A stretch of DNA of 64,000 nt from an uncultured Actinomycetota bacterium (GTDB taxonomy: Bacteria > Actinomycetota > Actinomycetes > JAHEKZ01): contig CAVQYR010000002.1 in assembly GCA_963718235.1 (NCBI GenBank), positions 192,001 to 256,000 of the forward strand, read 5' to 3'. This document shows positions 1 through 8,765 of the stretch, piece by piece (within the stretch, counting starts at the first letter, position 1; the number at the start of each line of letters is the position of its first letter). Made by a program: the position numbers and the translations under genes. The notes below the pieces were generated by a model. The model was not told the origin of the DNA, made no database searches, and saw nothing but the letters and a program-made list of their open reading frames with translations.

Positions 1-3
1 AAG

Positions 4-711
4 GTGGTTGCCGCATTAACGCTCGTAGGGGCGTTGGCCGGAGCGACAGCTGGGTGGTGGGTCGGCACCACGCGGTCCGCGGGCTTCGTCTCCACTGCAT
101 CGGTCGTCATTCTTCCGCTCGTCGGCAATTCCTTCTCCGTGAACTCGACCGACTCGCTCGTCAGTCTGCACACTGAGGCCCAGTTGGTTCGCTCGGACAG
201 GGTTCTCGAGAGTGTCGCAGCGTCTGGTGCGGGCCCGACGGACGTGGATATCTTGCGTGGCAAGGTCGCCGTTTCGGTTGCGGAGAGCTCGGAGATCGTT
301 CTGATCTCAGTCCGGGCTGAGTCAGCTGACGTGTCCGAGGAACTCGCCACAACACTTGCCGCGTCCACCCTCGATCGACGGCTGGACCGGGCTGCCTCGA
401 CTCGAGACGAACAGCTGGCGGTGGTTCGCTCGAGTATCGAAAGGGCCGAGGCGGAGGTCGCCAAGGCGACGGACCCGGCGATCCAGAGAGTCTTGAGCCA
501 ACACCTCGTCGTCCTGCGCGGTCAGCGAGCCACACTTCAAGGTGCGACGCTCGACCCGGGCGACCTCATCGGTGTCCGGACCGTGCGTGCTTCGCGGCGG
601 ACGATGAAGATCAGCCTGGTCCTCGGAGGTGCTGCATTCGGAGCTGCAGCTGCTTTCGTCGTTGCTCGGTGGTCGTCGCGGGCCCGAGTCAACGAGAGTC
701 GGCCCGCCTGA
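4..711 (+). CDS. Polysaccharide chain-length determinant (Wzz/PCP-like) membrane protein, probably 5'-truncated by the window edge
   Basis: N- and C-terminal hydrophobic helices flank STASVVILP...TEAQLVRSDRVL...V.V....SEIVLIS and a coiled-coil segment; lies in an EPS gene context. Confidence 0.65.
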   Translation: MVAALTLVGALAGATAGWWVGTTRSAGFVSTASVVILPLVGNSFSVNSTDSLVSLHTEAQLVRSDRVLESVAASGAGPTDVDILRGKVAVSVAESSEIVLISVRAESADVSEELATTLAASTLDRRLDRAASTRDEQLAVVRSSIERAEAEVAKATDPAIQRVLSQHLVVLRGQRATLQGATLDPGDLIGVRTVRASRRTMKISLVLGGAAFGAAAAFVVARWSSRARVNESRPA

Positions 712-1691
712 GGTAGCCATGGCCGAGCAGAGCCGGCATGCCGAGCGCCGTGGCGGTCAGCCGGTCACGTCGGCTGAGGGCACTGCGCCACTCCTCATCG
801 GCGCGTAGGGTCACCTCACCTGTCGTGAAGCGCGACGGGTTGCCGCTGATCCCATGACTCGAGGGCAGCAGAGCCACCTGCCCGTGGAGGTGGTTGGCCT
901 GGCCGATGAAGTGCTCGAGCCCGAGTTCGCGGAGCGCTCCGTAAGTCGTCGCCTCCGAGGCGGTCACGAGGTCCTCATAGCGCACCGTGGCGGAGGGCTT
1001 GATGAGAGCGCCCGCAACGGCGGACTGCGCCTCCATCCGTGTCCATCGGGCTGCGGTGCGCCACACCGAGAAGCTGGCCATTGTCTCGCGCCCCTGGTCG
1101 GTGGCGTGCGGTCGGCGCACGTTGGACTTCGCCCACGAGTAGGACACCCCGCGCACGTCGCGCACCAGGTGCAGTACCCGCAGGTCTATGCGCGGCTCGT
1201 TGCGAAGTGCGATCAATGGTGCAATCGCCTTGCTCGCGTCCACGATGACGTCCGCCTTGGACTCCAGCTGGATCGCCCGATACAGCTCGTACTGAGTGTC
1301 GCAGTACTCCCGCAGCTGATCTCGGAACGCGGTGTTGGCAAGCCGGGGGTTCGCTACCTGTGGCCAGGAACCGCTGGCGCGCCACGTTCCGCTGAAGCGC
1401 AGCATTGCGCTGAACCAGTTCGCTCGACCAGCCGTCGAAGGAGCGCTCGCCGACGGCTTGCCAGAACGGGCACTCAGAGAACAGGGCGCCACAACCACAC
1501 CGCTCGTTGTTCGGTGCGATCTGGCGGAACACCTCAACAAGCTCACCGACGTTGACGAAGCCGGGAAATCCGCCGAGCAGGCGCTCGAAGACCGTGCTTC
1601 CGGACCGGCCGGCGCCCACGATGTACAGCACCGTTGGGCGCTCGGCCCGCGCGCTGCTGGCTTCCGATGCCCCTCTCGAATCAGGCATCAC
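689..1691 (-). CDS. PAPS-dependent sulfotransferase (frameshift near 1360)
   Basis: 5'-PSB-like VLYIVGAGRSGSTVFERLLG and CGCG..F..CPFW in ORF 975-1691; VIVDASK, 3'-PB-like HLVRDVRGV.YS and VRYEDL in ORF 689-1546. Confidence 0.85.
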
Positions 1692-1713
1692 AGTGATCTA
1701 CCCCCCCAACTGG

Positions 1714-1726
1714 TAACGGACCGTCA
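1714..1726. promoter_or_regulatory. BldD-like box (TAAC-N5-GTCA) between divergent sulfotransferase and kinase
   Basis: TAACGGACCGTCA fits TNAC-N5-GTNA. Confidence 0.3.
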
Positions 1727-1791
1727 TCGTAGCCAAGCGTGACGGTCGTGCCTCACGACTACCATGGGCATCACCCGTCTGCCCTAGCCAC

Positions 1792-3085
1792 ATGAAGTCG
1801 CCGGGGCCGGGCCACGGCCAGTTCATGGCCGACTCGATGCCGAAAGGATGGCTATGGCGTCTGTCGCTGGACTCCGAGCACGTCGTCTACGCCCGGGGAG
1901 TGGTGTCGCGGCTCTGGCCGGAGCCGGCGGTCATCCAGGTAACCAAGCAGCGGGCATCCCCCTCGCCACGGAGCGTCGTCGCGGAGTGGCTGCTCCTCCC
2001 GAACCCCAGACGTCCGACCCTGCTGGTCCCTACCCAATTCCGCAGGCATCCCGGATGCTCCAGCGACACGGGAACCGGTTCGGACCTCGGGCCGGGCGTG
2101 CGTCACTGGCCTGGGGCGTCCGGTCCGGGGCACTCGAACGCCTCCCCGTGCCGAGGATTCGTGTGGCGCTCGACCCCGCGTGGGAGGGGAGCGCCGAAAC
2201 CCCTCAGTCCAGGCGTGCCTTGACGAAGCCGTCTGCGGGGTCCACGCACTGGGCCTGATCCTCGGCACCCCGCGACCCAACCGAAAGCCGGTTCTCCAGC
2301 TGTTCGCGGATGCCGGCACGACCTGGGGTTCGCCAAGGTCGGGCGTCAGCGAACTTCACGCGAGCAGCTGGTGCGGACCGAGGCAGGCCAACCTCGACGT
2401 CGTGCAGGCGGCCGGCCTGAGGACCATCGACATCCCCGACGTACTGCATCGCGGGGCCTTCAACGACCTCGACCTGCTGGTCTTGTCGCCGATGGGCTCG
2501 AGCCAGGAGCGCCGCGAGGCGGCGATGCCGTTGCAGGCGATGGCCGAGCTGGCCCGCATGCGGCGGGACGAGCCACCGAACGACTGGCCGCCAGCACCTA
2601 CTGGGTGCCCTGAGGACGTCGGCGGCGCAACCGGGACTGTCCGAAGCAGGAGCAGACTGACGCGCGGGCTGGCCGGACGGGTCCGACCGGTGGGGTGACT
2701 GCGAGGTCGAGTTCGGCAGCTGGCACGGGGACTGGGCGCCCTGGAACATGGGCTACCGAGACGGACGGGTGCAGCTGTGGGACTGGGAACGTTTGCTTCG
2801 GAGCGTCCCTGTGGGATTCGACGCGGTGCACTTCCGTGCTCAGCGGGTCGGCATGGACAGAAGACCACTCGGCGGGCGGAGGAAGAGCGCGTGGTCGGGA
2901 AGTGCCCGCCCTGCTGCGAGCAGATGGGACGGTGGAGCCGCGTCACCGGAACCCGTCTGGTGCCTGCTCGTGTACCTGCTGGAGATCAGCCTCGATTCCT
3001 GCGGATGACCAGCGGCGAGACGAAGGCTGCCCCGGCATCCTCGGGCCCTTTGGGCGATCGACTTCGCCCAGCGGACGTGGGGTGA
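1792..3085 (+). CDS. APH/choline-kinase-like phosphotransferase of EPS clusters (several frameshifts; ends approximate)
   Basis: Joined frames give RPNRKPVLQ, FAKVG, FGSWHGDWAPWNM (Brenner-type HGDxxxxN, about 2712-2750), LWDWER and PVGFDAVHF. Confidence 0.6.
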
Positions 3086-3333
3086 CGGGCCGGGCTTGGC
3101 CGCGAGGGCAGACCCGCTGTCCGCCGCTGCGGTCGTCAGCTCGTTGCTCCCGTCGGGTGGTCCCGAGGGGATCTGGCTCTGACCGGCGTCTCGGCCTGAG
3201 TAGCGTGGCGGCCCAGACCCGATGACAACCCAGATCGGCGAGCCAGTTGACGACCTCAGGACGACGAGGGAGTAGTGATGTCACCAAGGGTGGGGGCACG
3301 TCGGCTCAGGCTCGGCCCGAGAATGGGCGACGA

Positions 3334-4860
3334 GTGAGCGAGTCTCCGGACCACATCCGTCGGATCGCTCGCTCGGGTGGCCTGAGCATGGCTGGGTGCG
3401 GCGGTCAGCGCGATCGCCGGAGTCCTCCTGGTGATGGTCGTCACTTGGCGCTTCGACAAGGAGCAGGCCGGGACTGTCTTCACCACGACCACCCTCTTCC
3501 TCCTCACGATGACGATCGTGCAGTTCGGCGCCGATGTGGGACTGGTGCGTTGGCTGCCCAGCCATGTCGCCACGGGTGCCGAGCACAACGTGACGGCCAC
3601 CTTGCGGGCAGCCTTCGTGCCGGTGCTCGGTCTGTCGATCGTCGTGGCCGTGGCGGCGATCGGGACCGCCCCGATGGTGGCTGGGCTGTTCGACTCCGAG
3701 TACCCCGACGACATCTCGAAGCAGCTGATGGTGCTGGCGGTGTTCCTTCCGATCGCGGCGATCTACAGCCTCGCCCTGGCCTCGACTCGGGCCTTTCGCA
3801 CGATGCGTCCGACGGTCCTGGTGGACTCAGTGGGCCGTGACCTCACGCAGCTGGGCCTCGTGCTCCTGGCCGGTGCCGTCGGGCTGGGGTCGGTGGGCTT
3901 CGTCCTCATGTGGGCCATCCCCTACCCGTTCGCGCTGGTGGTGGCTGGGACCTGGCTCATCGTTCTGATCCGCAGGTCACGTGAGGCGGCTAGGGCCAAG
4001 GGTCGGGGAGACGGGGCGGCAGACCCCGACGTGGCGTCTCAGTTCTGGAGGTACACGGCACCGCGCGGGTTGGCCACCATCGCACAGACCCTGCTCAAGC
4101 GTTCGGACATCCTGCTCGTTGGTCTGCTGGCCAACGACTTTGGACAAGTCGCACTCTATGTAGCAGCCACCCGATTCGTGGTCTTCGGCCAGCTCGCGGT
4201 TCAAGCGCTCCAGCTGGCCCTTGCGCCGCAGATGAGTGCGGTGTTGGCCCGGGGGGAGCACGACGCTGCGCAGGACGTCTACCGAACGACGACGGCATGG
4301 GGCATGGTGCTGGCCTGGCCGGTCTACATCATCAGTGCAGTCCTGGCGCCGTGGATCCTGATGGTCCTCTTCAGGCCCTCCTATGCCGAAGCCGCACCAG
4401 TCGTCGTCATCCTGGTCGCTGGCCATGCTGGTGGCCACCGCGTGTGGGTCGGTCGACACCGTGCTTCTCATGGCCGGTCGCAGCTGGTTGAGCCTGCTCA
4501 ACACCGGGATCGCGTTGGTGGTGAACGTCGGCCTGAACCTCCTTCTGATCCCCAGGATCGGAATCATTGGTGCAGCGATCTCCTGGGCGATCGCCATCCT
4601 CATTCGCAACGCGCTTCCACTCACCATGATCAACCGGATGCTGGGGATGTCACCGTTCGGGCGCGCATCGGCCTGGGTGGCGCTCAGTGCGGTCTTGTGT
4701 CTTGGTGTCGTGCCCGACGGCTCTGCGTCTGGCCGGCGCGCCATTCGGAGCGGTGCTCGGTGCAGTCCTCGTCGGTGGGTTCGCCTACCTTGCGGCACTG
4801 TGGTGGGGTCGCGAGGCGCTCCAGCTGAGTGCCTTGACCAGCGTTCTGCACCGGCGATAA
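3334..4860 (+). CDS. Oligosaccharide flippase (Wzx/MOP family), frameshifted near 3395, 4420 and 4730
   Basis: Many TM helices; IARSGGLSM, FGADVGLVRWL, QFWRYTAPR, LLKRSDILLVG, GSVDTVLLMAGRS, LNLLLIPRIGIIGAA; last frame ends LHRR* at 4860. Confidence 0.85.
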
Positions 4861-4953
4861 GGCACCCCGAGCCGATCGTGGGCCGCAGCAGGACGAGACG
4901 CACCCTGGTGACAAGCAGCGGGAAAGGCCTCGTCCCGTATGAAGGTGCGACCC

Positions 4954-6470
4954 TCAGCCGAGGCGAGCCGTCGTGCCCTTGGCAAGGTTCTGGCCGAAGG
5001 CAGTGAGCCGTTCGCCGCTCAATGCCCAGCTGCCGTCCCACGAGCCCTTGGATGAGTGGAAGTAGGAGATGGCCAGGAAGTCGTGCGCGAGCCCGTAGTT
5101 GTACTGGTCACGCAGCCAAGTCGGCTGCCCGCCCCGGGTTCGCGCTGTCCACATGGAGACCCGTCTCGGCAACCAGCGTGGGGTAACCCCAGCTCTGGAT
5201 CGTCAGCCCTGGCGACATGGTCTCCGGAACCGACTTCCAGGCCTGACCGTTGCCAGCAGCCCACGGGTTGTAGCTGTCGAATCCCATGATGTCGACCCCG
5301 TGCCAACAGGCATGCGGAAGGCTTCGGGGCGACCCGCCCCGCTGCAGGAAGTCCCAGCCATTGAGGATCCCGACGAGAGCGATGTTGCTGGAGTACTTGT
5401 CGATGAGCTTGCGAGCGTGCTGCTGCATGTCAACCCAGTCGGAGGCGACACCGTCCCCGCGTGGCTCATGGTGCAGTGCGAGCCACACCGGACCGTTCAC
5501 TGTTGGCCAGAGCCTTGATGCGGTCGATCAGCCAAGCGTCTTGCTTGCCGGCTGCGACGGATGCCCAACTGCCTGGAACCTTGCGTCGACATCAGGGGGA
5601 GTCGGCCCGCCTCGGGTCGGCCGCCGATGCTTGCGAAGCGAACGCTGCCGCCTTCTGCTGCGGCGTCATGTAGATCCGGTGCACGGACACCTTCCTGCCG
5701 ACCTGAGCCTCCAGCTTGCTGATGTTCCCGCCCTCGATGGAGGCGCCGTAGTACATGGTTCCGGCGCATGGGTCGCCGGGGAATCGCTTCTTGCAGCCTC
5801 GGGGGTCGGTGGTCGGCTTGGGCGTGGGGTCGGGTTTGCCGGTCTGAGTCGGCGTCGGCGTCTTTGTCGGTCCGCCGGCGGCCTTGTCCTGCAGGCGCAG
5901 GAGCAGTGTGGGGGCCTTCGTCGTCTCGCTCGATGAGAAGGTTGCGCTCCCCGCTGTCGCGGTGAGGGCGAACGAGTATGTGCCGACTCCGGTGACCACG
6001 GAGCTCACATCGATCCAGCGCGTGCCTACCGGTCCGGTGCTCACTTCGCCGAGGGTGGCGCCGACCGCTGGCGCTGATCTGAAGGTGAGCCTGTTCTCGG
6101 TCCAGCTGCTGTCTTTGACCGCCTTCAGCGAGATCGTCGCGTTGATCGCCGCTCGCGGGGTGAGCAAGACCTTGGCACCAACCAGCTTGCTGGTTCCAAG
6201 GTCTTGCTTGGTGACCCGGAACTGCAGGTAGCTGACCTTGCGCACGCCGCTCTGGTTCTGAGCGACGAGCCCTGAGTCGGACGCCTGGTTGAGGTCGGGC
6301 TTGTTCGAAGTGACGACGCCGTCTTGCTGCGCAACCACCCCGACTGTGCGGTCCACGGCTGTGTCTGCCAGAGACGACTTTGAGGTGAGACTGCCGTAGG
6401 CGAAGCTCGACACTGCGAGCGCGCTGGTGACGGCGACGACAACGACACTTTTCTTGGCTTGGCCAAACAT
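4954..6470 (-). CDS. Secreted CBM96 (DNRLRE) domain + PT linker + GH26-like TIM-barrel glycoside hydrolase (frameshifted)
   Basis: Signal peptide; SYLQF, SWTENRLTF, DVSSVV..GTYSFAL and FSSSE typical of DNRLRE/CBM96; then LHHEP, DIMGFDSYN and LVAETG typical of clan GH-A/GH26-like enzymes. Confidence 0.65.
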
Positions 6471-6531
6471 CAACACTCCGGTTGTTGGTTCCGGCTGTTT
6501 CGAGCGAACGCTTCTGTCCGCAAGCGGGGCA

Positions 6532-6544
6532 TCACACGATGTCA
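6532..6544. promoter_or_regulatory. BldD-like box upstream of the CBM96-GH gene
   Basis: TCACACGATGTCA fits TNAC-N5-GTNA. Confidence 0.35.
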
Positions 6545-6925
6545 TCAGTACGACAGGTCTCTTACCCGTCACCCGCTCGCAGCAGTGAAACAAACCCTGA
6601 CGGCGCTTCGCAAATCGACACGTCGAAGATCGAGAACCGTTTCACCGCAAAGTGAGTTGCACCACAACGTGTATGTGGGAGTACGCGACGAATGGCCTGA
6701 AATGTCCGACTCGTCCTGCGATGTGACGCGTGGGACGAAAGCGTACACAGCCGTGCAGTCAGGGTGCGTGGTGCAGCTGCGAGTCGGCCGACTCGATGTG
6801 AGCCAGCAATGACGATATGGTCTCGTGCTGCTGTTTCAGCACCGCCGCCAGCACATCTGAGAAACGTCTTGCGGCCGGGTGAGACCACGAGATAGTTCGG
6901 GCAGAATCCACGGAGGGAACTAGCG

Positions 6926-7810
6926 GTGCGAACTGAAGGATCGCGTGCATCACGCTTGTCATGCGGGACTCACAGGTCATGGAGCGCCGTGGTGGGGTTC
7001 GGGCTTGCCTACACCTTCGCGATAACCGGTGCCGGCGCAACGCCGGCAAGTCCTGCAGTCGCTGAAGCGTCGATGGCCGGCTCGAGTGTGGAGCGGACGA
7101 TCAAGGACCCCTCCATCGTCGAGTCAAGCGGTCTGGCACGTAGTGGCTATCGCGCAGGGCGCCTTTGGACTCACAACGACAGCGGTGGCGGGTCGACGAT
7201 CTTCGCCCTAGGGCGGACAGGCAGAACAGTGGCACGGTATGAGTTGGCCAAGTCGTCACACCTCGACTGGGAGGGGATGGCGAGCGCCAGACACCGTGGC
7301 GTGAACTACCTCTTCGTTGGAGACATCGGAGACAACGGGCAGAAGCGCTCCAGCATCTTCGTTCATCGAGTCCGGGAGCCACGGCCGGCAGCGTCACGCC
7401 GCCTCCTCAAGCCGAAGTCGTTCGAGTTCAAGTACCCCGACGGCGCCCACAATGCCGAGACGCTGATGGTGAAGCCAGGCTCGATGCGCATCTACATCGT
7501 GACCAAGGGGAAGAAGGTATCTGGCGGCTTCTACGTCGCGCCGAGGTTCCCGTCCACGAAGCGAGTCAACACCCTGCGAAGGATCGGTCGGGCCCCGGCC
7601 GGTATGGCAGATGGCGTCTTCCTCGACCACCAACGCTTCATCCTGCGTGGATACGAAGGTGGCTGGCTCTACCGCCGCATGGGCGCCACACCGTTCCGGT
7701 TCCCATTGCCGATCAAGGGCGAGTCGATCACGCGGGACTCCCGGCCAAGGACGGTCCTCATCGGAAGTGAGGGCCGCTACTCCAGCATCTGGAGAGTGAG
7801 ACACCCCTAG
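6926..7810 (+). CDS. Secreted Arg/Lys-rich beta-propeller protein (start uncertain)
   Basis: Signal-like hydrophobic stretch; ESSGLA, LWTHNDSGG, DWEGMA, FVGDIGDN, YPDGAHNAETL and IGSEG motifs of a widespread propeller family. Confidence 0.7.
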   Translation: MRTEGSRASRLSCGTHRSWSAVVGFGLAYTFAITGAGATPASPAVAEASMAGSSVERTIKDPSIVESSGLARSGYRAGRLWTHNDSGGGSTIFALGRTGRTVARYELAKSSHLDWEGMASARHRGVNYLFVGDIGDNGQKRSSIFVHRVREPRPAASRRLLKPKSFEFKYPDGAHNAETLMVKPGSMRIYIVTKGKKVSGGFYVAPRFPSTKRVNTLRRIGRAPAGMADGVFLDHQRFILRGYEGGWLYRRMGATPFRFPLPIKGESITRDSRPRTVLIGSEGRYSSIWRVRHP

Positions 7811-7832
7811 CCGCGTCAGCCAACGAGACCCA

Positions 7833-8573
7833 CTAGCCCCTGGTGATCTTCACGTAGTCGATCTCGCCGGAGTAGTAGTCGCATGTGACCGTGATCTGGT
7901 CGCAGAACAGCTTGCCACCGACTGTCATGGGAAGTCTGTTGTCGATGCTTCCCGTGTTACCTCGTTGGCGATTGTTGAACACGCCATCGACATAGGCCGT
8001 CACCTCAGTCGAGGTCCGCACGCAGGTGAGCGTATGCCAGGTGTTGTCATTGATCGGGGCAGTGACGCGCGTCGCCACTCGCCGCAACGAGCCCTTGAAC
8101 AGGCACGAGGGCATACCTCCGGGGTTCTGGATCTTCCACTGTCCGCCGACAGTCGTGGACTGACCCTTCTGAATGATGTTCCCGAACTTCTCCTTGGTTC
8201 GGTACCGAATCTCCACCGTGAACGTGTCGGATCCAGGGTCGAGGTGGGGGTGGTCGGCGACCTGGATGACACGTTCTGGCGAGGCTGGTGGCGCGGTCGG
8301 GTTGCGCCGTGGCCACTGGTAGCCGATCGCTCCACCGAACGTGAAGCCGGTGTTGAGCCCGTCCTGGTCGATGCGCCCGTTCAGCCCGTGACCGCTGCTG
8401 TCGGTCATGGTCGTCGCACCACTCGGTTCGTTCATCTGGTACGAGGCCTCGACCGTCGTCGCCCGCACGCCCGCTGCTGTGCGATGCGGTGTCGCGGCAC
8501 CTGCTGCCCCCATCGGCACTGCTGCCAGGCACACCACTACGCCGAGTCCCGCAGCCACCGCCGGTGCCCTCAT
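7833..8573 (-). CDS. Secreted LamG/concanavalin-A-like jelly-roll protein
   Basis: Signal peptide; YQMNEPSG..MTDSSG.GLNG, NIIQKG, NDNTWHTLTC.R, YVDG and YSGEIDYV. Confidence 0.8.
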   Translation of the reverse strand: MRAPAVAAGLGVVVCLAAVPMGAAGAATPHRTAAGVRATTVEASYQMNEPSGATTMTDSSGHGLNGRIDQDGLNTGFTFGGAIGYQWPRRNPTAPPASPERVIQVADHPHLDPGSDTFTVEIRYRTKEKFGNIIQKGQSTTVGGQWKIQNPGGMPSCLFKGSLRRVATRVTAPINDNTWHTLTCVRTSTEVTAYVDGVFNNRQRGNTGSIDNRLPMTVGGKLFCDQITVTCDYYSGEIDYVKITRG

Positions 8574-8709
8574 GGTCGTCCTTCCCGAAAGTGGACGTCG
8601 TACACCTGAGGGCCACATGGCCGCAGGTGGTGACGCTGGTGTCAACGTAGGCGAGAACCGGGACTCTCGTGAGCTCATCGGCCAGTGCGGGAGGCTGCAC
8701 CCACCGTAA

Positions 8710-8722
8710 TCACGCAGCGTGA
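8710..8722. promoter_or_regulatory. BldD-like box upstream of the LamG gene
   Basis: TCACGCAGCGTGA fits the extended consensus TnACnC(A/T)GnGTnA exactly. Confidence 0.5.
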
Positions 8723-8765
8723 GCACTTGACCACTTTGCGCAGCGGTTGGCCTGCCTGCCGAGGC

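Noticed and set aside
6651-6666. CRP-like GTG-N8-CAC sites (also 55318-55331)
   Set aside because: Motif too short for GC-rich DNA to call without conservation data
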